From NCBI RefSeq assembly GCF_001194135.2, contig NC_068984.1, positions 63,825,196 through 63,889,195 of the forward strand: a stretch of DNA of 64,000 nucleotides. The letters are read 5' to 3'. The notes below the pieces were generated by a model. It was not told the DNA's origin. It saw nothing but the letters and a program-made list of their open reading frames with translations, and did not search any database. Every line of letters starts with the position of its first letter. The first letter of the stretch is position 1. This document shows, piece after piece, positions 24,484-36,850 of the stretch. Made by a program: the position numbers and the translations under genes. This DNA comes from Octopus bimaculoides. Its lineage: Eukaryota.

Positions 24484-24718
24484 GGCGGCGTGCTCTCCTT
24501 ACTTTTCGCACACCAGGTAAAGTGCTCAAACCACATTTCGTCCGTCTTTACCTTCCGAGATCAAATTCAAACTAGATCGATTTGCCTTTCATCCTTTCAG
24601 GGTCTATAAAATAACAACCAGTTGAGCACTAAGTTTGATGTAATCGACCTACCTACACCCCACCCCACCCAACACACAATTCCCCAATTACTGGCATCGT
24701 GCCAAAATTTGAAACCAA
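24484..24718 (+). mobile_element. SINE family B, degenerate
   Basis: tttgcctttcatcctttcagggtc core and gtgccaaaatttgaaac end. Confidence 0.75.
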
Positions 24719-26650
24719 TTATTTGATACCAGGCAAAATGGAGAGTACCATATGTTTGATAATTGAAAAGCGTTCTTCAGAAGATTGATATCCCTCATCC
24801 TACTACCTACAAAGAGAAGTTCATAACGATTGCAGTTTACGTGAATCACAAATAAGAACCTAGTTGCAATAGCTAGGCAAAATTCTATATTGTGCATGGG
24901 TCTTGACGTCATTGAATAACTATTAAATATTTTATGCAGAATAGACTGTATTCATAAATCTAAGGTAATTTAAAGAAATTAGATCACACATTGTAAGTTT
25001 ATAACGCAGTGTAATATACACATAAGGCTTCTTAGCCCCTTCCAAATCAGAAAAACCATATCTTAAGGCCTGAATATCTAAATTGTAAGTTTACTGTTCT
25101 GATTGTGCAAGCGAATGGCAGATAATAGCAGCGTGGCATAGAAAATGGAAATGCAACCGAAAAATCTTCTAATTATGATAGCTGCTTACAGATATTATTG
25201 ACTGCCTTAAAATGATAGAGAATGCTCCATATTTCCAGGTTTCATTACAACTTCTGCATTTTTTCACATGAGAAATCATTTGTTATCGCTTCTGCACTGT
25301 ATTCAATAGTACATAAAAAGATACAGCAATTTTGCCTTCATTTATCAATCAATCGACAAAAATTTCACTGCCCTCCTCATGTGTTTGTTGTCCATATTTA
25401 TTTATTTTTTGCATGCGATGCCTAATAAGTGGAGAAAAGTCGGATGGTTTTGAATGGGAGTAAGATGGAAATATCCCCAGACGTACTGTTTTGTCCGCCA
25501 TGATCAACCAAATAATTTCGATAATGAGATTCACAAAATACAATTAATCAGAGATACAACTCGAGCAAAATATCTGTGCGAATGTGTATTTCAGAGATAT
25601 GTGCGTGTGTGTGTGTGTGTGTGAAGTCATCTGACATCATACTATCTTCATATTTGAATATGTGTGCGTGTGATAGTGTGAACGCTTGTGTGTTGTATAT
25701 ATATATATATATAAATGTGTGTGTGCGCACGCGTGAGTGTGCGCGTGTAAATGTGTGTGCATATGTTCGATAATGCATGATTGTACACGTTGGTATTACA
25801 CAAATCTTCAATTAGATTCTATTAATTCTTATTCTTTTAATATGTATAATTTATTAACTGACTAATCTATTTGGATGAATTTAACTTAATAGTGAATTCT
25901 AAATCTGCTACCGGGCTAGTCTCCAAGTCTGCCAAATGTGTCATTGTATACTTTATTTCCTTCCACAATTACGAAATGATTGATCTTAAACAATTTTACA
26001 AACATTCTAATGGGAGCTATGTGAAAAAGAAATTATCTTAGCTTGATTTAATTTTCATACGTCACTTTAAATTTACATTTTCCTCCAACTAAGGCAACTA
26101 TATGTTTGTTCGATATACTTACCTAAACTAGAGATAAATCGGCTCCTGGTTGCCGCTATTGTACTTGTGTATTAATATCATTTAAAATTATATACACAAA
26201 ATTATATTCCAGGAAATTATACATTTCCGATATTTCAAATGCAAACGTTACGTATGTAGAAAATACCAATTTTAAAATATGTCACTCGATTTAAAACTTC
26301 CATAGCAAAAACAGGCATATAGAAATTATTTTAAAGCATATACATACACACACTCACACACACACGTGCACAGAACATGTATATTCGCTTGAGTGTTTTT
26401 ATGTGCGTCCACGCATGCATTTGTTACGTTTGTGATGTGGGTATGAATACGTATACAAATTTTATTCAGATATATTCATATAATTTTCTATCCCATAATT
26501 TTAAATCGCTTTGAAATTGTAATTTACATGTCAACAATATTGTTCCACTGTGCATTCATATTTCGTTACACTAACTTTTCCTGCGCTTTAGTAATGTATT
26601 ACACACATACATATATAACCCGCACATATATACCACACACAAACACAAAT

Positions 26651-26709
<59 letters not shown>

Positions 26710-28299
26710 TTTCCCAGAATATTGTTACCTGGTATTGTTAAATAAATCATTCACGTATTTCTCTGGATAAAGTGAGAATCTTCTGAGATTTCATTGTTCT
26801 ATAAGCTCGCCCTTATTGAAACACCTCTTTCAACCTAGTGGGTGAGGACACCTAACAATAAATTCGATAATAATCTAATTTACTTCATATCATTATATAT
26901 CTATTAAACAACGTGCCTTTCTTTCATCTGTCATTTTAAGTTTATACTTAAATTTATATCTGAGCAATAACGAGAATTTATCTCCCTTAGCAAGCTCTGA
27001 TTACTCTCTTCATATTTATTTGAAGGCGTCCACTATCTAAGTTATATTGGTTGTTATATATTTCAGGGTTACGATATAATAAATATATTACAGGTCCTCT
27101 TCCATTTCTTTCTCATGTGCAAGACTCACTAAAAAAATTATCCGAAAGAATAAATTTTTAAATGGGTACAGGGATATCGCACAACCGGAAATATAAAGAC
27201 ATTGTTCTGTGAAACTCATTTCGAATTCAGCTCGCAAATTGAATTTTAGTATTGCTAGATAAAGGCTCTCTGCTTTGCTAATCGTGACGGACTGACCTAA
27301 AAAGCGAGTGGTTAAAACCTGTCTGAACGTTGGAGTTATAACTCCATTGCGACAAGACTCCGTAACCCACTGAATTGCAATTTCGAAAGCATGGTGACAA
27401 TTCAGATGTCAGAAAAGAGGTAAATATTTCTCACTGTGGGCAGTCTTTATGATAATTATGATAAATATAAGCAATCAAGACAGGACCTATTTATGTAAAT
27501 ATAAGATTCGGTTGAGACCATCTCATACCTCAACACGAACAAGTAGCCGTAGAATAATTGTTGGGTAAATATCACATCGAAAACTGTGGCAATTAGAGGG
27601 ACTATACTAGATTCCTACTTGGAGCAGTGCTACATGATTGTGAAAGAAATTTCTAAACTAGATCATATTCACGGTTATTTTAAGTAATCCACATTCTTGA
27701 TAATAATCCTATGCAAGAGACTACATGGTTGAAGGAGGTAACAGTTACTTACATAACAGCAATCACTTTATGCGGATTAATTTTATGGAATTTACTTTGG
27801 AATTTACATGCTTGGCTATGGACCTCCATCTTCCAAGCACAAACAGGAAATACCCCAAATATCATCAAGTAAAGAAGATTACTGATCTGCTAAATCATAC
27901 CAGCTACTTATATTCTTTGTGTGATTCCTTAAAAAGTCGATTCCGAAAGAGATGACACGCTCAGTAATTAATTTTGTAATTGCTGAATTAAACGTTGAAT
28001 GTTGACCTTTAAATTGCCAAAGTAAAGTATTGAATTTAAAAAAACAACTAAAGGTAATTACACACCCGTTAACGAGAAGAACTTCCTCTACCTATATACG
28101 TATTTGTTGTGAGTCAATAAAAAAACGATCCTACGAGATGAAGCTGCTACATGAATACATTCTGATAAACAACATACATTCAAATTTAATCAAATAGAAT
28201 TTCTCTTCAGCACCTTTCCTTCAAAACCCACCTTACAACTGTACAACAAGACCTCACAAAGCCCATAAGAAATTTTATCTCAGCAGAGACAATATAAAT

Positions 28300-28470
28300 C
28301 CAAGATTAACTTAAGGCAAACAGTCCACAGATGCTTCAGCTGGCCGAAACTTTGATGTGATTGTTAAAAATATTTTTAATAAAGAATAATAAATTTGTAT
28401 TATACAAATGTGTGGAGTAACCCGGCAGACTGATATAAAATTTTCATTATACCGGAATATATAAAAAAGA
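28300..28470 (+). mobile_element. Possible Penelope-type 3' terminus with a decayed hammerhead-like motif
   Basis: cagatgcttcagctggccgaaac followed by aataaag and an AT-rich end. Confidence 0.3.
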
Positions 28471-28497
28471 AGCATCTATATATAAATATATATATAT

Positions 28498-29345
28498 GTA
28501 GGGAGAATTCACGAAAAAACAACAGACGAAGGCAGGTGGTGTAAACAACAAATGGATGTATTAGTATAACGCTCGGGAATAGAGAAAGTCTTTAACGTTT
28601 CGAGCCTACGCTCTTCAACAGAAAGGAGCACAGAAAGAAGCAAGGGGAGAAAAAATATGTGCGTATTGGTTAGCGATCTTCATGGCGAATGCTGGACAGA
28701 AGGGTCACATAGGAGAGTTAAGAAAGGAGATAACAAAGTTGTAGGGATCCCAAAATGAAGGTGTGTGAGAGAATGCTGGTGATCTTAACGTATACATGTG
28801 TGTATGTAGGTGTGAAGGTGTGAAATTGTGGGGATGGGAATTAGTCAGTGCTGTTGTGTGCGTGGTGGTGTGTTGTGATGTGATGTGTTGTGTGGTATGG
28901 TGTAGCGTGGTGTGATGTGATGGTGTTGGGAGGTGGGGAGCGACAGTTGGAAAGGCATGGGTGGGGGTGGGTTAGACTGCCGGTGGGGTAGAGGTAGGGG
29001 TATGTGGGTAGGCAGTGGCTGGGGTAGGTGGGGTATGTGGGTAGGTAGATGTGGAGTATGTGGGAGAGGGTGTAGGGGGTACGTGTAAGGAATGGGTGGG
29101 ATGGAGTGTAAGCAATGGGATGGGGTGGGATAGGGTGTGTGTTAAGGTGGGGTAGAGGCGTGGAGGGGTGCGATGGGTGTGCTTTTGTGGTAGGGTTGAC
29201 GATGGAGGGGGGACGGGAAGGTGGGTATGGGAGGAGGGAGAAAGAGAGGAGAGGGAAAGAGAGTATGAGAGAGAAAGAGAGTTAGAGGGAAGAGAGAAAG
29301 AGAGTTAGAGAGAAGAGAGAAAGAGAGTAGGGGTGAAGAGAAGTA
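28498..29345 (-). mobile_element. Probable Penelope-type terminal repeat (pLTR-like) remnant
   Basis: On the minus strand a long C/T-rich tract leads into a hammerhead-like motif; resembles a recalled common octopus repeat. Confidence 0.5.
28590..28625 (-). ncRNA. Minimal type-I hammerhead-like motif
   Basis: CTTT-CTGTTGAA-GAGC gtag GCTC-GAAAC GTT-AAAG: stems I and II pair, helix III lies in palindrome AACGTT; core deviates (A6>U, extra A). Confidence 0.4.
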
Positions 29346-29450
29346 GGAGTATCATATAGGTGCATGTATAGTATATTATATGCGTCCAAAGACACATGCA
29401 TATGAATTGGTATATATACATACACACAGACATATACACCTACATGGATT

Positions 29451-29457
29451 GATAGAC

Positions 29458-29520
<63 letters not shown>
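29451..29520. repeat. (GATA)n microsatellite
   Basis: Direct reading. Confidence 0.97.
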
Positions 29521-29521
<1 letters not shown>

Positions 29522-31362
29522 TTTCTAAATTGGATCCCAAAATTCATCTTATCACACTGTTCAAATTTTCATCTCTGACAACGAATATTACATTTCAGAC
29601 AATACTGTTTTATATTGATTCGTAACGAAATACCGAAACCTACATACATTACATTGTCATGTTATTATTGTTACCCAAATGCTATAAATGCTTGCATAAT
29701 ATGCATATGCTCCTATTAGTATCAACAAGAATCTTAGGTTGGACAGTGATTTATACTCAAATTACTTCAGAAGAAAAATCTTTACGAACTTTGAAAGTGA
29801 TATGACTCTTGTAGACAATTTATATTTTGTATTATGAACAAACCTGCAGTGTTTAACTGAAGACCTTATGTCATTCGAATAGCCCTTATACGTAGAGATA
29901 TATAGTTATTTCATGAAGGAACACTATACAATAATATAAGACCACGAGTAAAGGAGTAGCATTCCTTTATTTGATCATACAAGAAGTATTTACATTAGGG
30001 TGTGCCAGGTTGGTGCTGACATCTTTCGGCGTGTGATGGCGGAAATGAATGACACAAAGTTAAGAACTTTGGATTTAGTGGAATGGGAATGAAACATCCG
30101 CTACAAATTCCTGCCTTGATTCTAAATGTCAGACCTACTTGGACTTTATTATTTCGATTTTGTTACTCAGAGTGTTGCTCCGTTCTAAATTTTGGGCGAC
30201 TCTAGTTTGCGATGTAGCATAATCGATACCTCAAGTTTTAGCATCACATTCCTGCTGCTTCTAATAGATAATTTACAATTTTTCTTCCAGGTAAGTGTAT
30301 CTATTGATTTACAGCTCTTCACCCGCGGTAGCATGTCCTCTAAAATTAAATTGATTCCTTTCAGAGCGAGATTTATCATGCTAAGATTGCTAAATTCAGA
30401 AATATGTTTGGCATGAGAATGTTAGAAAAAACTTCAGCAAGCAGTTCTTTGTTGTTTAAAAGGTATGACAGAATGATAGTTGAATTGGTCGATTGAATAC
30501 TTACTCCACCTTGAGTAGATGGAAGGTGAATTATCCATGAGATTATCGCAAGTCCAAAACATTGACATATTGGAGCTATTAACGTGGGACATTCACATGC
30601 TCATCTCAATTCTGTACAGAAATACATGCAAGAATTACATTCAATGGAATTACATTCAATGAATGATGGCAACTCCTCTCATTAACCCTTGGTCTACCAG
30701 AGAAAATGTATGTCACTAATTACCAACTGGGAAATTCCCCATTTGACAAATAAAGGAGAGTCAAGAAAAAATAAGTCACGAGAAATCAGCAGAATCAAAT
30801 AATACAGACAGTAGGAAAAAGCAACTGAAAAAAAACTGAAATGGGTCCATTGGACTCATTGGTAGACAGAAGGTTAAATATATATTATCTTTCAGCTCCT
30901 GCTTTATCAAATGTAAGGGCATACACTATATCATATGTGTAGCCAGTAAAATTTATGAGTTACTTCCTATGTCTTTATCTGCTCTGGTATTTTCGGTGTG
31001 CTATTCCGTGTTTGAGTTTGATAGTAGAGACCGCGAAGTAATTGATTGTAGATATCGATGACGTTTTTATTTGTATGCTAACTTAGTACAGATGGTTTTC
31101 TGAAATTTGATTTTGAAATCATACCAGACATATTTCGATTTATCAATTGCACATGCAGTATACGTAATAGAAAATAATCCTTTCAGGTGAACTGCCCTGT
31201 GAGTTATTTCTGCTTCTTCCGAAGTATATTTCAAATGCTTAAGGGCAAATTGGTATCCATAGGGACCATATTGCTCTGCGGTAAATTGAGCACAATCTCT
31301 ATTTAAGCAAATAATACTTTGATCTATGGATTGTTGGAAGAATTATCTGCGAGAAAAAAACA

Positions 31363-32109
31363 CTATGTTGTAGTAGGTGATTTAAACAAATACACTAAAA
31401 TTGTTTGCACTGCTACCTTTTTATCTATGTACTCAATGATTTTACTTTCTTTAAGTCTAAATGTCGATATGACCAGCCATAGCTGGTTGGGACGCCAACA
31501 CAAGAAGTATATCGAGCTACTTATATCACCTTGGCAGAGTTTGGAAAGAAAGGTAGTGCCTACTATGGGATTATACCTGATCAAACGTTTCACCGTGATT
31601 TTCAAGGATGTGCAATCTTTATTCATTCTTCTGGGCTGTCCACTGTTTGAGCCCGTTGATTGCTGCTGCACCAAATATTCTCCCCATTTTCTCGTTATTG
31701 GAGGCTTAAAGCATATCTGATATATATCTATTTCAAGACGGCGAGCTGGCAGAAACGTTAGCAAGCCGGGCGAAATGCCTAGGGGTATCTCATCTGTCTT
31801 TACATTCTGAGTTCAAATTCTACCGAGGTCGACTTTGCCTTTCATCCTTTCGGGGTCGATAAATTAAGTACCAGTTAATAACTGGGATCGATCTAATCTA
31901 CTGGGCCCCTCCCCCAAAATTTCAGGCCTTGTGCCTAGATTAGAAAAAAGATATATATCTATTGCGTCCAACTGGTCACAATTGAGCGCTTTTCCAGAAG
32001 CAAATTTAACCAGGTTTTCGAGACTGGTGGGGGAGAAATAAAAGACGCAACAGCTGATGGACTGTGATTCAAAATAGCGTCTTTTCGCAGGTTGATGACA
32101 TAGGCCGAA
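31363..32109 (-). pseudogene. SINE-interrupted open frame (171 codons after SINE removal) containing a candidate 216-nt exon 31577-32023
   Basis: Frame is stop-free across the TSD junction; acceptor tcttttatttctcccccaccag and donor CAG|gtataa; no recognised homolog. Confidence 0.35.
31733..31949 (+). mobile_element. SINE family B with 14-bp TSD gatatatatctatt (31719-31732, 31950-31963)
   Basis: gagctggcagaaacgttagc head, gagttcaaatt..gaggtcgactttgcctttcatcctttcggggtcgataaattaagtaccag core, exact TSD. Confidence 0.95.
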
Positions 32110-34363
32110 CTAAGTAGACTCCATTACATTTTTCAAAATACCAGGCGAGCGCAAACATGGTAAATTTTCTTTTAACTTATCGAAAACCTCACAGACAGAG
32201 TTAACTGATAAAATTGCCATTTACGTGAGGGTACTGCTCATCTCACGGGCTTCCCATTAACTTTCTCCATCCAATTTCATTGGCAGATGCTGCTTCAATC
32301 TTAAGAGTAAAAGACACTTGTTCAACTTTTCACGCAGCGGAATTGAACATAGAATCTCATGATTCTGAAGTGAATTTCTTAAACTTAAGGCCATGCCTCA
32401 ATTATATATTATACTAACCTAGAAAACTCAATGCTATTAAATCAAGAGCTCGCTTTCTAAAATATCGGTTTGATAAGTCTTTATAAACTTCCCCAAGGAA
32501 ACTTGACAAAATTATACAAATTATTGTCAATTGGTTTTTCTTTCGGCCGAATTCGCATTGTACATTTCTCTTGTAATCGCTGCATTCGTAATTGTTATTT
32601 CCTACATAGAGCTCGCAGAAATTACTGCAGAGAAAGTACTTCTGCCAAAAATATATCATACAAGTTCAGAATTGTATAACCATTTGAAAGCAAAATGTCT
32701 TAAAAGTAATGATTTAATCCTAGTTGCTATATATCGTTTTGCAAACCTATTTCTATTTTATGTCTCTTAAAGAAACTTTTGCGCATCCCAAATCAAATAA
32801 TACTAAATGGATACTAAATATTTCGTTTAGTAACATACTGTTCAATTTGCCGAAGAACTCGTTGACATAGCATTTTCGAGTTAAACCCAAAGAAAACAAT
32901 AAGCTAATCGCCAAGAAATTGGTACAGCTTTCTTTGCAGTCAATATTTTATCCCTACTGTTTGTGTCAAATCATATAATTTATTACGAACGGTTAGTATG
33001 GATTGCAAATCTTTGATGTTTCTTTGTTCGTATTATATTACCATCTACAATATGTAGCCTGTCTAACTTACCATCTTAGATAAGTTATATTTCTACTTCA
33101 TTTTGTTGCTTATATAGATCATTTTGTGATGTATGATATTACCTACAAAATATGTGCTTGGTTAATCTGCGCTGGACTAATCTGATTATATCTGCTGTGC
33201 TTATATGACATGTTTGGTCCATAATTTGCTAAATAAGACCGTAAATCTACACATAATATAAATTATTTGCGAATAATTTAATTTCGAAATAAGGAATTTC
33301 ATTAGAGAGAGACAAATCAATGTGATGTTTGCTACGACCTTGTTATATCACGTGGCTTAGTTATAGTACAGTGTTACGAATAATTTATGTGCAATGTAAA
33401 CAAAACATTATGTAACTGTCTGTCATTTCTCGTATCAGTGACAACACACCAATCCGTATAACTCAATCCACCATCGCGGAAGATAATACAATTAGAATCA
33501 GCGAAGGAATGTGATTAATACTCGTCAGCATAAGCTGACATAGTGACCCGTCAAGCTAAACGTCTTTCAGATTGTTTCTTCCTGACTCAATTTCTATTCT
33601 GCTATAAAATCCATTAATATAGATTGCACTCTTCATTGGGAAAAACCTTATTTGGATAAACGATCATCATTTGCATAAAAATTATTAATGTTAACGAATT
33701 AAAACATCATTATGTAATTTATTATGAAGCACGGTAATAACTCGAGTAATGGGACTACACAACCAAGGCTAATTTGAGCTAAAGAAAACAACTATCTAAT
33801 AGGTAGTTCTTGGTAGGATGGAGAAAGAGTTGGGTGGTTGTTTTTACCTAGTCCAACAATTATGTAAACTTTCTTTTATTCAATGGTTTTTGATGGTTCT
33901 ATGGATAGTTACTATTGTTGTAACACACACAATGCACTTTCATTCAAATACGTTTTAACTGTCATCATATCATTTTTTATTTAAGCAGTATACATCCCGA
34001 TCTGCATTACTTTTATTTAATGCTAGAGTGAGATAAAAGTGTTATTTGCAATTTCTGTCAGATTGAGCAATGACAGTCAGCTCAAAGGCAGTTCAAATGG
34101 CAAGGCAGAGATCAACCAGCCAGCCAGCCAGAGGTTCATATCCAGTCACCAGTGTTGGGCTGTTTCTATGGAGAGTTCCCTCTATATCTTTTTAATAACT
34201 TCGCTCATTCAGTTGATAAAAGATAAGAAGTTACAAAGAAACCAACTCCATAAGCGTTGGCCGCAGAGAAAATATGATGTTCATTAACCTGAAGCCTGAA
34301 TCAAATTCTTCCTATGGTTTGGCAATAGGGCGATGGAGCTTTTGATGTCTCAAAGACTTCAAC

Positions 34364-34829
<466 letters not shown>

Positions 34830-34929
34830 CAAAATATAATGCAAAGCAGAAATAATCTACACTGATACACTCACAATATTACAGAAATGGTCAAAGATAC
34901 ATAAAACATACAAAACATACTAAAGAAGA

Positions 34930-35670
34930 AATGAAAAAAAAAATAGTCCATGGCCAGTACCCTGCAAGGCTTAGCAGAGAAGAAGTGAGACTATGTCAAA
35001 TCCAACAATGGCTCAAAGCTCTGGATTAAAAGCTTAAACGAACGGACTGGTCTTTGCTGCACAAGACTAATGTCTGACTACGAACAAACGTAAAAGGAAA
35101 GCAATGACAACGCCCTAACGCAAAATGAAGACTGTGCAGAATGACACAGTTGACCACATCTTCTCTGACTGTCCAGTCCTTGCCTAATCTGAATATATAC
35201 CCAGACACGCTCGAGTAATTAATTTTATCCACTGAACATATCAACGCTACAATATGAAAACTGACAATAAATGGTATAAACATAAAAAAGATACAATACA
35301 ACCTCCACTCCACGATCATCTCGGATATGTCTTTTCAAACCGACACAGAAAGAAATGCTAATGGCCCAGACATAATAATCAATGATTGGAAAAAACACCT
35401 ACTTGCGGATAGGTACTGCAGTACCCTCTGACAAATATATTGTCCAAAAAGAAGCGGAGAATTTTTCAAAGTACAAAGACCTCGAAATCGAAGATGAGAG
35501 GCATGAAGGTGAAATCAATACCTGTAATTATTGCAGCATTGGGCATGACAAAAAAAAAAAAAAAACATATGAACATAACCGTAAAAGCTATACCTGGATC
35601 TTCAACACTACTCAATATCCCCAAAATAATCCTGTTAGGAAAGCTCATATCCTACACAAGACACTATCAT
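34930..35670 (+). mobile_element. R4/Dong/Rex6-clade non-LTR retrotransposon, C-terminal CCHC and restriction-like endonuclease region, degenerate
   Basis: VHGQYPARL, GLVFAAQD, TVDHIFSDCPVLA, FQTD..NANGPDIII, AVPSDKYIVQKEAENFSKYKDLEIE, IPVIIAALGM, LLGKAHILHKTLS in shifting frames. Confidence 0.85.
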
Positions 35671-35899
35671 TCAATAATACCACCCAAACAAAACAATCCA
35701 AAGACACAAGACACTCTTATATAGAAAATATCAAATAAAATAAAATACAACCAGCAGGTTCGATACCCAACATATTACAAACACAACAGATAATGCAAAC
35801 ACTATTACAATGAAATACTCCATTGTATCCCATAAGAAAAAAAACTGATGGAATACAATATCGGGAAGTGTTTGCATACTCTAAAGAAAAGAAGACAAG

Positions 35900-36195
35900 G
35901 CCGCACACACCCCAGCATAAATGTGGTACGAACATAAACCCGAAGGCATCATCGAAAATGGTAATGCAAAGATCATATCGGATTTAATGATTCGGTGCGA
36001 CTATGAGATAGTGAATAAGGAACCAGACATAATGTTAATCGAGAAAGAAAGCTAACGATGTTGGATCATAGATATATCATGCCTAGATGACAACAAGGTA
36101 TGCAATAAGAAAGAACGAAAATTCGATAGATGTAACATATTAGCTTGGGAAGTTAAGCAAGTGTGGTTGCTGAAAAAGGTGGTAGTAGTATGAAT
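35900..36195 (+). mobile_element. Second R4/Dong-clade endonuclease-domain fragment
   Basis: WYEHKPEGIIENGNAKII.DL.IRCD.EI..KEPDIMLIEK...CWIIDISC.DD..V..K. Confidence 0.8.
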
Positions 36196-36224
36196 AATTG
36201 CCAGAGTCGTGGCAAAGACAATAG

Positions 36225-36225
<1 letters not shown>

Positions 36226-36292
<67 letters not shown>
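36226..36292. repeat. (AAT)n microsatellite
   Basis: Direct reading. Confidence 0.97.
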
Positions 36293-36294
<2 letters not shown>

Positions 36295-36850
36295 GCCCTG
36301 ATGCAGTACCAGGCACTGGCTCTTATGACATTTGATCTAAACTGATTGAAAGTGTTAGCATGTATGTTTTGTCTTGGTATAAAAGATGGTCTACCACAAA
36401 TGTTCTGCTTAATACCACTGATTTGCTTGCCAGTTGTTTGACCTTAACAGATGAACATGTCTCTTGTTGGCTGGTGATATGTGCATCTCTGATCACAAGC
36501 AGAAGTAATGGCGGAGCACCATAGCTATGTGCTGAGAGGAATTCTTTGGGGTTTGAATAATTCACCTCTGGAAACATGGGTGTTCTGTTCAACATCTTTA
36601 AACAATCCTTATTCAGGGAAATTTTGAGCGGGATGGGCTACTCAACCTGACGAAAATCCTAACCGGGCCCTACCCGCAAGGTCATGCACTGTTTATCTTG
36701 ATATGAGATCACCATGTCGCGCACTTATGGTTGTGATGTGATGCATGTGCCTGGTGTACCGTTATCAGATGCGTAGTCATGATGGGCATACTGGAGTTCG
36801 TATATTTTACCCCAGGATCACTTTGATGCCATGCACTGTTGTCTCACTCA
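36295..36850. mobile_element. Roughly 550-bp interspersed repeat D, copy 1, bounded by AAT repeats
   Basis: Collinear with 44286-44834 over its full length; class and orientation not assigned. Confidence 0.85.

Noticed and set aside
30171-30296. Plus-strand exon-like segment ending CAG|gtaagt
   Set aside because: All three frames from the acceptor hit stops
31319-31720. Plus-strand 133-aa ORF with VVVGDLN, resembling an APE endonuclease motif
   Set aside because: Other APE motifs not found; cannot be separated from an antisense shadow of the minus-strand frames, though it remains an alternative reading
32470-32770. Hydrophobic ORF resembling GPCR TM5-TM6
   Set aside because: Bounded by stops, no TM7 NPxxY downstream, three overlapping short ORFs; compatible with chance in AT-rich DNA
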